This document shows positions 15,734 through 34,010 of a stretch of DNA of 64,000 bases, piece after piece; the first letter of the stretch is position 1; each line of letters begins with the position of its first letter. Source of the DNA: Chrysomallon squamiferum (lineage: Eukaryota > Animalia > Mollusca). A program made the position numbers and the translations under genes. The stretch spans positions 34,410,001 through 34,474,000 of the forward strand of contig CM022672.1 in assembly GCA_012295275.1 (NCBI GenBank), in the 5' to 3' direction. The notes under the pieces are model-generated. The model ran no database searches and had not been told where the DNA came from. It saw only the letters and a program-made list of their open reading frames with translations.

Positions 15734-16108
15734 ATGAAAACCTCTGATTGATAAAAAACAAATATATATATATATATATATACGGGGAGTTCAGAAAAAT
15801 TTATAATTTTGTCAGTTGATCTTGTTGTTTATCTTCGTTTTCATTTTTTATTTTATTTTATTTTATTTTATTTTATTTTATTTATTTATTTGTTTATTTA
15901 TTTATTTTACTTTATTTATTTTACTTTATTTATTTTTTTCTTATTCGTACATGTTTGTTTTGTTGACTTTCTTTTATTTATTTATTAATTATTTTTTTTC
16001 AAATCTGAAAGTTAATATATTCAGTTATAGGTCTAATTTACAGTAGAAAGGAATTAATATTTAAAATTATTTACTTCCTAATTATTAATTCACAAACACA
16101 TACACACA

Positions 16109-16215
<107 letters not shown>

Positions 16216-16875
16216 TTCTTATTCTTTGTTATCTCTATATTTTTTCTGATATTATTTGTTTCTACAGCTGTATTAAACAGCGAGGCTTTCTTACAGTTGC
16301 CCGTTAAATAAAAACAACAAACTAAGTAAACCTCTGTGGCTATACGTCACAAATGTCTGCTCTTTCAGTTCACACCACAATAATCATTCGTTTTCACAAG
16401 GTGTTGTTTTCATCACGTCATTTATCATCTATTGAAAACGTCATTTCGTGTAAGTCACGTGATCAGATTGGCAGTGGTGACATCCTTTGTCACGGTAACT
16501 TCTGAATGTAACTGCTGTGAAATGACATACATGTAAAGTAGAATTTTTGTTTGTTTGTTATTTGTTTAGTGTTTTAGATTCTGTCAGGTTTTGATAGATT
16601 CAGTCAGTGTTTGTGAAACTGTGTGCGTGTGTGTGTGTTTCAGCCCGACAGGCATTTATCACAGAGGTGAAAGACAGAGAAAGGAATACATGTGTGTATG
16701 TGTGTGTTTCTGCGTGTGTGTTTGTGTGTGAGAGAGATGTGTTTTTGTGTGTCTGTGATAGAACGTTTGCATGTGAGTTAGTGAGCATGTGTATGTGTGA
16801 TAGAGGTGTGTGACTGTGTTGTGTGTCTGTATGTATATATATATATGCACACAGAAACAACTCTATCAGATTCAT

Positions 16876-16912
<37 letters not shown>

Positions 16913-17470
16913 TGTATGTATGTATATTTGTATCTAAGAATGTGTGTATGTATGTAATGTGTATGTATGTATGTATGTATGTATATTTGTATCTAAGAAT
17001 GTGTATATGTATGTAATGTGTATGTATGTTTATATGTATGGTTGGTTGGTTTATTACAAGTGTTTATTAAATAAATGCAGTAGACAGGTTAATTCTTTTC
17101 ACGTAAACACTTAATATTTACTGTCCTCAGGCCTTTCTTGAGAAAACAACAACAGTACAACACGACCAGCCAGGCTTAACACGAGATAAGCTGTCATGTG
17201 TTAAAAATGAAATATAAATAACACGGAGTAATTCTGTAACAGAAAACATAAAAGCGTCGGTAAGACATCATTCCCAGCCATTATGAGCCAGAATGTGCAG
17301 ACATGAATAGAATTTAATTTTAAAAGTTTTCAGTGTCCATGATTGTGTTCATGTTGGTTGTAACTAAGAGGTACTGAAATACTGTATGTAATTTAATTTA
17401 TATCAGGATATAATAGCAGACCACACACACACGGACACACACAGACACACACACACACACACATATATAT

Positions 17471-17574
<104 letters not shown>

Positions 17575-17938
17575 GTGGATAGTAGTAATTAAAGAATAAT
17601 GGTGAGAAAAACACAGTTGCATATGAAATAACATACTCAGTGGAAAGCAGTAGATTATGTAAAAATTATTCACTTGAATGTTTCTCGTTTATGAATGTTT
17701 ACGTTTGTTTTTCGTCGGTTTTTTTAATTATTTTTTTTATTATTATTAAATGAAATGAAACTACCATTATTATTAGTCTAAATATATAAATCTTCTTGGG
17801 TGGTCATATTTTTTTTTTAATTAATTAATTAGAAAACTAATTTACTGGTTTACTTAATTACTTTTAAATGCAAGGACAGAGATAAGAAAACAGTAATTGA
17901 TAAAAATTTGTTAAATTTCCAAATCATTATTTTAATGG

Positions 17939-17971
<33 letters not shown>

Positions 17972-18745
17972 GCATATACAGCTCATAATAAAATAATACA
18001 GATACAAAACATTCGAATATCATCAGAACTGGCTGAGTTTCAGTAATTGCTTAACGACTTTTTACCATCATTTGTTTTATTTTCTCTTCTCCTCCTCTAC
18101 CCCCTATTCCTGGCATGTTTCAAACTCGCAGAGGGTTCGTTTTAACATTTGAGAGCTCGATAAAGTGAGTCCTCTATCTCACGTCTATCTCACGTCTATC
18201 TCACGTCTCGTAATGCCAAACTTCTGCTTGTTTGCTTTGCTGCCAGATATTAATAAGTCGGGTTCCAGTCCCGTCATATTGTCTACACTATCTACTGTTT
18301 TGGTGTTGTTTTTTCTTTTTTTAACAGATTTATGTAAGAATGCATGAAGCAGACGTTTATACGCGTAAACATGCAGCCTCTGCATGCGCGCGTTCTTTGA
18401 TGTTATTATCATCATCATCATCATCATCGCAAACACATCATTATTAAACAAAGGAGATAAAAATCAAATAAACACAAAGGAGAAAGACAAAACAAAAACT
18501 CTGTTTTGTTCTACGTCTGCAGTATTGCGTGTCTCCCAGAATGCACTCACTGAGCAGATATTACCCAGAATGCACTCTCTGATTCAAAAATAGATCAGAA
18601 TAATATCAAAGCAGCATTCGGTTCTGGGTGCATATAGCCCATTGAGAAAATGAGTGAATGTTATGTTATACAGGTTAAAGAGTAATAGCAATAAACCGCT
18701 TTAATGTCATAGCCCACTTGTGTACATATCCAGTTAATAATGTAT

Positions 18746-18819
<74 letters not shown>

Positions 18820-18955
18820 ATTTATTTTTAGCATCATTATGTAATGATAATGATTATTATTATTATTATTATTATTCTTATTATTACTATTACTATTATT
18901 ATTGTTGTTGTTGTTGTTGTTGTGGCAGAAAGAGAGAGTGTGTGTGTGTGTACAC

Positions 18956-19581
18956 TCAGTACAATATATATACACCAATAAATAAAACCAAAAAAGAAAA
19001 TAATAATAATAATAAACAATATAGTACATCCTAAGGATATGCTAGTTAATGCATATCCGTTTTATAAATTCTTTGAATGTGTATAATAAATATTTTTTTA
19101 CACTGATAATGTGAAGTATACATTCGAGTTTTGTTTTAATTAGCAGAAAGAGAAAGTCTAGCGTTTCAGACAGAGAAGGCGACAAACAGGCAGACAGCAG
19201 ACAGAGCGACTGTCTGGCGGGAAACTGATTAGTCTGCCAGTCAGTGTCTGGGTCTGAACTTACAAAATTAGTAACATGGAAACTGAAAACTGTCCGCCCG
19301 CCTCGCGCTGTCACAGACAGACGCGTCACACTGTCTGACACAGACAGACAGACAGTCTGCTGTCTGCCTGTTTGTCGCCTTCTCTGTCTGAAACGCTAGA
19401 CTTTCTCTTTCTGCTAATTAAAAACAAAAAGTCGAATGTATATTTGACATTATCAGTGCAATACAGAGATCTATAAAACAATATTTATTATACACAATCA
19501 CAGAATTTGGATGTGTATTGTTTATACTTTGAAATGTTTTGGTTTTATTTATTTGTGTGTGTGTGTATATATATTGTACTG

Positions 19582-19582
<1 letters not shown>
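18956..19582. repeat. Long inverted repeat / foldback (MITE-like or inverted duplication)
   Basis: 19134-19202 is the exact reverse complement of 19355-19423 (69 bp), with a 152-bp spacer. Diverged arms continue out to 18956 and 19582 and into flanking (GT)n/(AC)n. Confidence 0.92.
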
Positions 19583-19625
<43 letters not shown>

Positions 19626-20244
19626 TATATTAATCTTTGAATGTACATTAACAGAATATGACATATATTATATTATGATTGAATGTGCCTCTTTACAATA
19701 AGTAGTTTCATTCATAAATTGCTGAACTTGACGTTTTTCAAACCGCGAACAATTATTTTTGTTACCACACCTTTAGATTTATTTTACATGTGTGTGTCTG
19801 TGTGTATGTATATATATATATATATATACATGAGAATTCAAAAACCCGAAGATGAGTCATGAAAGACCTCAATAAAACCATTTCAAAAACTGCCTTCAGC
19901 AATATCTCAGTCAGTATTACGTGACAAACCGTACAGGTTCTGAATAGTGAATTCAGCACAGGGGAACTTTTAATAAAAACTTTTTCATTTACATTATAAT
20001 ATCACCTAAACTATTCTCTTTTTTTTTATGACAGGACAGACGTATGTTTGCTTGCTCAGCTTTTTAACCTGTCAGTGTGAATGTCTATTTGATTACAGTG
20101 TTTCATTATATTTTACCGTCAACAGTGATTAATGTGATACTACGATATTGCGACCAAACTTATCAAGCTGATTAAGAAGAGATATGAACAAGCTGCGCGT
20201 AACGAATACAGAACAGAAATCTGAACAAAGCGGTTATGTAGATT

Positions 20245-20833
<589 letters not shown>

Positions 20834-21968
20834 TTGTACATTAAGGTATGAGATATTCTTGCTACATATTTTTTTTTTTTCTTAGAGAAGCTCATTTTTT
20901 TTCTGTCTTTTTTTTCAGCGCCTTTCATAAACCAGTGTTAAGGCAGTGAGAATTCATTAAATGCTGTTTTCCCATGATTTATCCTGGGATAGTTATTATT
21001 TTATTTAATTGCTAAAAAAAAAAAAAAAATTAAAATGAAGTGTATTTCTTAACCCTGGAGATTACTGAGTACAGGGAAGACGATGATATATATGTATATA
21101 TGCATTTTTAAAGCTGGGAATATGATAAAACTATTTAAAAAAGGCGACAAGCTCGAACTTTACAGTTAACTGACCTGATATAATGCACCGTTTCCATTTC
21201 ATAGAAACAATTTAATCTAATATGTAATCACGACTGAAACACACCATGCGCACGCTCGCACGCACACAGATAAAACATACACATACACACAGACAAATAA
21301 AAGCACACAGAACTCACACACTACAAACAAGCAAAATAAGTTTTCGGAATATCTCGAGCGTTTTGTCACAAGTTCGGAATATCTCGACAGCTTGCCGAAG
21401 TCAGCGAAATAACTCGGCTGATTTCGGAAATGTTCGGATGAATTCGACCGTTTTTGACATCACTTAACAAAGTATTCGGAAACACTTGATCGGAAGTTTT
21501 CGTAACAATAGCAGCGATCTGTGCTCTGATAACTGTTTGAGTTTTCCGGCAAAATTTACTAAATTACGTTTGAAATTCTAGGATAACATTTCCAGTACCT
21601 GCGCACTTAGCACGTTTTATTTCACACAAACAAGGAAGTACCTGACATTTTGCCTTCTCAATATCTGAAAAGCGGAAATGACGTCCTGTCATTTCTTTCT
21701 ATTTTTGTTTTTTTTTCCTCTCTTTTCATTTATTAATTTATTTATTCTTGTTATTTTTTTCTAATAATAATTTTTATTTCATTTGTTTGCTTTGCTTCTT
21801 TATAATTTATTTATTTTTCTGTTTATTAATTAACTAATCAATTAATTAATTAATTTATTTATTTATTTTTGTTCTTGTTGTTATTACTGTTATTATTGTT
21901 GTTATTATTTCGGTTGCTGTTGCTATTGTTGTCATTATTATTACTATTACTATTACTACTATTACTAC

Positions 21969-22037
<69 letters not shown>

Positions 22038-22041
22038 CATT

Positions 22042-22075
<34 letters not shown>

Positions 22076-22076
22076 T

Positions 22077-22111
<35 letters not shown>

Positions 22112-22129
22112 TGTTATTATTATTATATA

Positions 22130-22165
<36 letters not shown>

Positions 22166-22565
22166 ATTATTATTACTCAATGACTGTTCTGCTCTCGACA
22201 GAAAAGAAGAATCCGGCCAGTACATTTGTTGTAAGACTGAGGACGCCATTCTACCTCGCGTCTTGATTAGCAAACATCAGACAGTGTAAATCAGCCAACT
22301 CAAACTTAACACATTTAATAAATGTTTAAATCAAACGACGAGCAGTGTTTAGTCTGGACGTCGTGGTTATCTAATCGCAAGCGAGGTGTCGCCGTCGTAG
22401 ATGTTTATTAGCGTTGTAGATCGTATCTGAAATGAGATTTTCTTAAATTATGTCTTTTGTTATTGGATCCGCGGATCAGAGGTCAAGTACATATTTGTGT
22501 GACGTTGTAAATATAGCGAAGTGAAAAGAAACTGAATTAGATAAGCTGATAAGTTGTATGTGTAT

Positions 22566-22646
<81 letters not shown>

Positions 22647-22997
22647 CATTAAAAAAAAAAAAATCCAGCTGTATTTTGCGTCAAGAGCTGTTTTGATTAA
22701 TTTCCTTTCCTAGAAAACAAACAGGATGTGTGTTAGTGCGGCTCTTGCACACAGATGAACTGAAACATTTGAAAAAACGTCACATCGAGAAAAACCAGCG
22801 CTAATTGATAAAGCGGATTATCAGGTTTGAACTATCAGCGCTCGGAGAGAAGGTTTAATCCAGGGCCAAAGTGACAGCTCTATCAGTTTTTAGTCACGTG
22901 ACTTTCAGACAGCGAGCGTATCATGTTTAGACATTTCTTTAAACTTTCCCTTGTGAGATTGCTCGTTTTATTTACGCATATATATATTTTTTTTAAT

Positions 22998-23035
<38 letters not shown>

Positions 23036-23286
23036 CTATTATTTTATTTTCATATCAGTTTATCTTATTTATTTTATCTTTTCTTTATTTGTTTTCTAAT
23101 TTCGACATTATTTTTGTTATTCTTCAGAATTTTAGTGTTCTCTGAAACATTTCAACCTTTAGCTGGGTCTTCTATACCACTAATCTTATATTAGTACTAG
23201 TAACACTAGCATAACTACTACTACTACTACTACTACTACTATTACACCATTACAACCATCACTGTTATTAAATTAGTAATTTGTGG

Positions 23287-26073
<2,787 letters not shown>

Positions 26074-26469
26074 GAGATGAGGAAAAATTACGAGCTCGAT
26101 GGAGAATATGAAATGGGAGAAATTGTGAGATGGAGAATGTCACATAGAAGATGTAATGTGACATACAAGGAATATGTGAGATGAATGGATAATGTGAGAT
26201 GGTGGTGTAACAGTGTGAGATTGCGTAGCTCGGAATACTAAAACACACTCACAAAGTGAGATTTTGTATTTTAAATCAATAGTAAGCGAGAATATTTAGT
26301 TATTAGAGAAATGTTGAAATGTACAGTTAGGTTAATTCGAAATAATACAATATATGGGTATAAAAAAATGTTTGTTGTAAAAAGGATTCATCAAGACACA
26401 CACAGACGTGTAGGTAAGTGTGTGTGTGTTTGTGTGCGTGTGATATGGTATAATACATTTATTATACAG

Positions 26470-26509
<40 letters not shown>

Positions 26510-26577
26510 TATATATATATATATATGTATGTATATATATAAAATGTATTATACCGTGTGAATTTGGTGTTAATTGC

Positions 26578-26621
<44 letters not shown>

Positions 26622-26694
26622 CAGAAGAAGAAGAAGAAGAAGAAGAAGAAGAAAAATAAATAAATAAATAAATAAACAAATACTTCTAACTTAC

Positions 26695-26795
26695 CCGGGG
26701 TGAAAAATTCTGTTTCCTTCCGCCGAGACGAGTGCAATTAGCAGCGAAAGGGTTAAAGTTTCCACGAATCCGAACGAAGAACAACAACACAGCAT
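26695..26795 (-). CDS. Probable first coding exon of an unidentified secreted or membrane protein (MLCCCSSFGFVETLTLSLLIALVSAEGNRIFHP-G, phase 2); the gene would continue beyond the left edge
   Basis: ATG with A at -3, hydrophobic core LTLSLLIALVSA with a V-S-A cleavage motif, consensus donor CGG|GTAAGT at 26694-26689, and ~1 kb of CpG-rich UTR/promoter-like sequence upstream (26800-27830). Too short for the ORF track. Confidence 0.62.
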
Positions 26796-27830
26796 AGTGA
26801 GTGAAAAACTCAAACAGAACGTTTTCTGTTCAGCAAACCTCCAGTTCTTTCTTCTCTTTCTTCACGTAAAACAGCGGTCCGTGAAATCAAGTATTTTATC
26901 ACGTAGCATACTTTCTTCTGTCTTCTCCTGAACAACAGAAATGTTGTGCTGTTTATTAATTTCACTGTTACAGAGGGAGGAGAATGCAGCTCGGTGTTTA
27001 CATGAAGAGAATGAGAACGGTAGCTAGCGGCTGAACTTGGCGGAGTTAGTTTGAGGAGCGGGTTTGTTGGAGGAGTTGTTGATTTCTTCACCTGCACAAG
27101 CCGCGAACAAATGTCGTCTGCTGCTAGCACGCGCGGAATTCTCGTCCATTATAGAACATTTAAAAAAAAACTAAAATCAATATCCCTTTTTATTTATTTA
27201 ATAAAATTTTTACATTTCAGCGAACATATGTTGTTAAATTTGAAACGATCCGCTGATATTAATAACACTCAGACGATTGTTTCGTTTTTTTAATAATTTT
27301 TTTTTTTTTTTTTTTCGATTTTTTTTTAATATCCAAACTTATTCAGCTGCTAGGATTGAGAAAGGAAATGAAGAAGAAAGAATCCGCACCTTTAATATTC
27401 ACCAGTTTCCTTCGACAACTCCGGTCTTTGCATTCACTGGGTTTGGTTCACGTTCCCCGAAAACACTTCGGAGAAAAACGCGGACGTCTGCGACTCTCGC
27501 CGAAGTGCCCCGAGCGAGCAGACGAGTTAGAAATGAACGAGTTAGAAATGAACGCGTTCTGGTTAATGTATCAAGCTTTTAGAACAGCTTCCACTCACCC
27601 GCCTGTTCCGACTGCACCACACTCGCCGTTACTTCCTCTGTTCAGACGCGTGACGCGGAAAACGACGTCTGCGCTGCCTACATTCATCGGGACGTATTAA
27701 ACAACTTGAAAGACCGCTCTGAAGCGGTAGCTGGCACTGCGAAGCACTGGTGTTCCGTGACGAATGAGCCGACGTCGTTAAAACGCAATGACGGTGACGA
27801 ATCGCTTCTTCTTCTTCTTCTTCTTCAGAT
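26796..27830 (-). promoter_or_regulatory. CpG-rich 5'UTR/promoter region of the minus-strand gene
   Basis: Highest CpG density seen by eye in the window, with ACGT-core motifs. A possible UTR intron has a donor CGG|gtgagt at ~27598 and an acceptor tgtgcag|GTG at ~27091. Confidence 0.45.
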
Positions 27831-27976
27831 CGTTAAACTGTTTTATTGAGATATAAACACGTCAGCGTTTTAAATGTCGTAAAAAAAAATAAAACAACAA
27901 CACCGACAATTAGAAAATAATAATAATATTTTTTTAAATAAGTAAATAAAAAAAAAAAATAATAAAATGAAATAAA

Positions 27977-28013
<37 letters not shown>

Positions 28014-29541
28014 AAATAAATATAAATATAAATATAAATATAAATGAATAAATATAAAATATAAAAAAAAAAAGAAGAAAAAGTACTATTAATTTTCAAA
28101 AGCTATCAAGTTTCCTCTTTTATGAATAAAAATGACAACAACAAAAAAAAAAAAAAAACCTAAAAAAAACCTATTACAATGCCTTTATTTAATAAGGTTT
28201 ATAACTAAAAAAAAAAAAATAAAAAGAAAGAAAGAAAGAAAGAAAGAAAAAAGAAAAAGAGAAAAGATTCAAGAAAATTAAAGATATTAACTTTCAAATA
28301 CATAAGTAAGTAAGAAAATAAATAAATAAATAAACAATTTAAAAATAAATACTTTTAAAGAATGTATTTTTATTTAACCATGAATTTTATTGTTTTCTTA
28401 TTTATTTATTTATTTATTATATTTTTTATTTATTATTGCTACTACAACTACTACGACTATTACTGTTACAACCACCATTATTACTACAACCTATTATTAT
28501 TATTATTATCGTCGTCGTCGTTGTTGTTGTCGTTATTGTTATTCTTTATTATTTTTTCTTTTACTTTTTTTTTTTTAATGTTTATATCTTTTTTATTATT
28601 AAATGAAAAAGCAGTTATTCCTTTATAAATTAAGTTATTCATTCATTATAATCACTGCTCTTCTTATCATTAAAACCTTGGTAAAAAAAACCTTATATAA
28701 CAATATAAATAATAATAAAAAAACAGTGGCACACTGACAGATATTCGGTCTGTTTACTTAGGTCGCATTACCTGTCAGTAAAATGGCCACAACATTATGT
28801 CCCAGTGATACGATAGTCTGTTTACCTCCCAGTAAAACGAATCCTAATGCCGGACTGTTTATGAATGAATAGTTTTTGAAGCGTGTTCCATTCTGCGCGT
28901 ACAATTACAGCTTAAGTTACCCCGTTCATCGATAAACGTGTATCTCTGAAAGGACCGTTTGTTGTAGTTCACGGGGTAGCGTGAGACCGCTAAATGTACA
29001 CACTGTGTCTGGAGAAAAACGCTGATTATACACGTCACAGGCTTTGACCTATCAACAGGCGTGTGTGTTGTGTTTATAGCCGCTAATTGTGTAACGAAAT
29101 ATCATTGTTACCTTTTACCTTTTTTCACCCCTTTTCTTTCTTTCTCTTTTTTTATTTATTTTTTTTTTTTTTTTTTTTTTTTTATGAAAGAGAAAAGAAT
29201 ATATCTGGCAAAGGGTTTGAGTTAAAACGCTTAGAAAGAAACGTCTTTGTTGGAAAGCTGGCGATTGATTCTACACATATACTAAACTCACAAATTTAGG
29301 AACATCCCATAGTAATTCTGTATAATAATAAATCTATCCAAATAACAGCCAGCCTATTTCTTAAGTATAATAAAATATCTGTTCATTCAAGCATTGACAA
29401 GTATCTTTCTCTGAAGTAATGAATTCTGTATACAGTTTCTGAAATATACCGAGCCTAATAAATTATCGTGAATAATAGTTTACAGTTATAGTGGTTGAGT
29501 TGTGAACTAGATGAAAAGCAAGGGAAATTGTGTAGATTAAC

Positions 29542-29602
<61 letters not shown>

Positions 29603-29846
29603 GAGAGAGAGACACAGAGACACACACACAGACACAGAAACACATAAACACAGAAACGGATTACACACACACACACACATACATACATATAGACAGACAT
29701 ACACACAGACACAAACACATACACACACACACACATACATACATACATACATACATACAAACATACATACATACACACACACACACACATACATACACAC
29801 ACACACACACACATACATACATACATACATAGACACACACAGAGAG

Positions 29847-29889
<43 letters not shown>

Positions 29890-30040
29890 TACGACAGTGT
29901 TACAGGACAGAACAAAGCCCATTTTATTTATTATATTTTATTTTTAATTTCTCTAACCTAACAGCAGTAGCTGTAGATAAACCAAACCGCTGACCGCTCA
30001 GTTTCCACATCCCAAGATAAACCAAATCGCTTTAATTGAC

Positions 30041-30243
30041 CGCTTTAATTTAGACAATATCACTTTAATTTACACAATATCGCTTTAATTTATACAATAT
30101 CGCTTTAATTTATACAATATCACTTTAATTTACACAATATCACTTTAATTTATACAATATCGCTTTAATTTATACAATATCACTTTAATTTATACAATAT
30201 CACTTTAATTTATACAATATCACTTTAATTTATACAATATCGC
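30041..30243. repeat. 20-bp minisatellite, 10 copies
   Basis: C(A/G)CTTTAATTTA(T/C)ACAATAT, near-perfect copies. Confidence 0.97.
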
Positions 30244-31142
30244 AGCTCTGGCCCTGCTGCATGAAGAACACGCGTGCTAAAAATGGGTCTTTTACATTTT
30301 TAAAAACCACAGCTTTGATACGGTTTTTCTCACTACATTCTCCACGTGTTAAACATACTACAGACAAACACACTTAACGCAAACGACAAGAAACTTGTTT
30401 TCACAGAGTCACGTGATTCTAACGAGAAAACGCGATTTCTGCCCCCCTCCCCAGCCAGCGTCCTCGAAGCAGACGTCAGTTCTGTACTTGCGGCTGTTGT
30501 ATGTTACATGCATTTCGTTCGTCTGGTTGTTCGTGGGGTCAATATTCTTATCATCGCTTTCTTAAAATACACGTGTCAGATTAAAACGTACACATGTATG
30601 TTTGTAAACGTTATAAAAACATAAATAAACGTGAGCATAAATCAATCAGCAGAGGTTTTTAAAACCGGTTAACATCCGCAGATGGTGAAAGCACGACTGT
30701 CCGGGGCTTGAATTAAATCAGTCTGAATGAATCTGATGTAATATTTCTGAATTAATGTTTTTATTTATTATTATTAATTTTTTTTTTTGTGTGTGTCTAC
30801 ATATATTTATATATATATACACAGAGACAGAGAGACAGAGAGAGCGAGAGAGATATATGGAGAGAAAGATAGAAAGAGAAAGAAAAACACGAGGCTGGAA
30901 GTTAAATACACAAATTAAAGAACGGATGAATAAATAATTTTTGGCAATAGTAGTAATAGTAGTAATAGTAGTGGTATAGTAGTAGTAATAGTTGTTGTTA
31001 TTTCGTTGTTAGTGTTATTATTATTTTATTATTATTATTCCTTCTTTTTCTTTCTTTCTTTCTTTATTTATTTAATAATATTTACTGTTATCATCATCAT
31101 CGAAATTAGGACCACAAGTTGCGATGGAAGTAGTAGAAGTAA

Positions 31143-31205
<63 letters not shown>

Positions 31206-32269
31206 CTGTTAGTGTTATTATTATTATTATTCTGTCTTTTTCTTTCTTTCTTTCTTTTGAAAGTAGCAGCAGTTGTAGTAGTAGTAGTAGTAGTAGTAAC
31301 AGTAGCAGCAGTATAACTACAGCTATATCACGATCAATTGACGTAGCAAATTAAACATAAACTTGACAAATGCGATGTTTAACAGATCAGTGATGTGAAT
31401 CTAGATTGGAATGGGAAACACCACAGTGAGATGTATGGAATCAGCTACCAACCGCAGTTAAGATACAACAATTTGAAGATTATAGGACAACCCCAACAGT
31501 GCCAACAATATTTATCATACGTCTGCTAGCCTCGTTTAACAAACACGGAGCCGACGTCGGCATCTTCAGTTTCAACGTCATAACAAGCTGGGATAAGTTT
31601 TCGGTTACAAAAGATTACTGCTGTACGTACGACGACTGAATAGTTTTATCTCAGTTTTGTTATCCAGTGACTGCAGCAGCGTCAATGTTGTGTAGTCTAC
31701 GATGACGTGACACGAGACAACATCATCTCTGTGTGTGTGTGTGTGTGGTCTACGTCAACGACGTCGTCACATGTAAGGATGATGTTCCAGAGATACTCCA
31801 ACCATAGAAAACTTGAACCTGCCGTTCCTTGAATTCACCGGTGAAGACTTTTAGAGTAACGAAATGTTTTAAATTCAGAGAGGTTAGCTGAAACGTAATT
31901 TAAAATGACATTCATTGAAAGATAATGTTCCCCCAAAGCACGTTAAATATGTTTATAACCACGAAACCCAAAACTCTGATTATTGTGTGTAATGAAAACA
32001 GATTGTACGGATATAATATAATGTAAGTCTGTTGTACATTTAATGGTGTTTAAAACTAATTTACCGTTAAATATTCTCTTACTAATTTCTGTCAGATTTA
32101 ATTTTAAAAACGTTAATAACTGCTGTTAAATCTAAGGTGAAAACAAATCATTAATGCATTTAGTTTTGCACAATTAGTTAAAATAATTATTTTGTTAATT
32201 TTTTTTTATTTGTATATTTCGTTTATTTAATTATATGTATATATATATATATATTATTATTATTATTAC

Positions 32270-32350
<81 letters not shown>

Positions 32351-32367
32351 GTATGGATGGATGTATG

Positions 32368-32414
<47 letters not shown>

Positions 32415-32892
32415 ATAATATATATATATACACACATACATTATATACACCCACGCACACACACAACATACATATGTATGTAACCATATTAAATTAAATT
32501 AAATTAAATTAAATTAAATATAAATTATAAAAATATATAAATAAAAAAATAAAATAATAACATATATAATAAAGTTAACACAACTTTCTGACTCTGTTTT
32601 CACAAGATCTAGGTTAATAATTTCTGAGTGGTCCAATCAGTACTGTGAATGTATGCAATTTATTTACCAGCCAGTCGTTAGATAAACATCTGTATCACTA
32701 CCCTAAGTGTTACATATTTGACCCTACACTTTCTCTCATTCAAGTGCTTGCCTTTGCTTTCCGACAGAGCGTCCACTTGCAGTCGAGGGCCCATAGAACA
32801 CCGTCAACGTCCGTTAATTAGAAAGTTACGTGCCGAGGTTAGCCCGTGTTAAAACGATCTAGACCGGTTATTACTGGTTAGCCATCTGGCGA

Positions 32893-32989
<97 letters not shown>

Positions 32990-33122
32990 GTTTTGTTAAG
33001 CCGCCGATCACACTGTGTGATTTGTGGTAAGAAAACGTTAAGAAAAAAAAGGTTAGAGATTTGAAATATTTGTGAGAAATTAATTTTATGTTGGAGAATA
33101 TAATAATAACAACAACAACGAC

Positions 33123-33213
<91 letters not shown>

Positions 33214-33844
33214 ATAATAATAGTAATCATAATAATGATAATGATAATGACAACAGCAACAACAACAACAACAACAACAATAATAATAATAATAAAAAGT
33301 ATAGATAATGACGCAAAGGAACCCATGTCTGATAATTTTTATTATAATTATAACTAACATTTATCTGTTTTCACAGTCAAATCTGTGCACACAACAAATC
33401 GTTTAGTGAGAACGCGGCTTAATCCATTTCGCGAGCCAGGAAACACATAATTTATTTACACAAATACGTCATCAGACTGTGTAACCAACCTCGCGGTAAA
33501 TCAAAGTTAATATAATGAATAAAACTAATAAACAGCGTATAGCAACAAACACACGAATACACACACACACACACACACACGCACGCACGCACGCACATAC
33601 AAAATCTTTACCGTTGTGATGTTGTCGAAAAAATTCAGAATTATGTGGTTTGTTTGCGTTCAGATTTACGAGTGAATCGCCGAAAAGAAAAATAATGTTT
33701 ATTTTATTTAATTATTATCCCCTCACCTGTTATAATAATAATAATAACAATAATAATAATAATAATAATGATAATAATAATAATAATAACAATAATAACA
33801 ACAATAATAATAATAATAATAACAATAATAATAATAATGATAAA

Positions 33845-33876
<32 letters not shown>

Positions 33877-33883
33877 TGATAAA

Positions 33884-33918
<35 letters not shown>

Positions 33919-33978
33919 TAATAATAATGATAAAAATAATAATACTAATACTACTAATAATAATAATAATACTAATAC

Positions 33979-34010
<32 letters not shown>

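Noticed and set aside
27277-27700. Plus-strand ORFs of 101 and 114 aa
   Set aside because: Non-ATG starts, no homology, contain a 15-bp tandem duplication; better explained as GC-rich UTR/promoter of the minus-strand gene.
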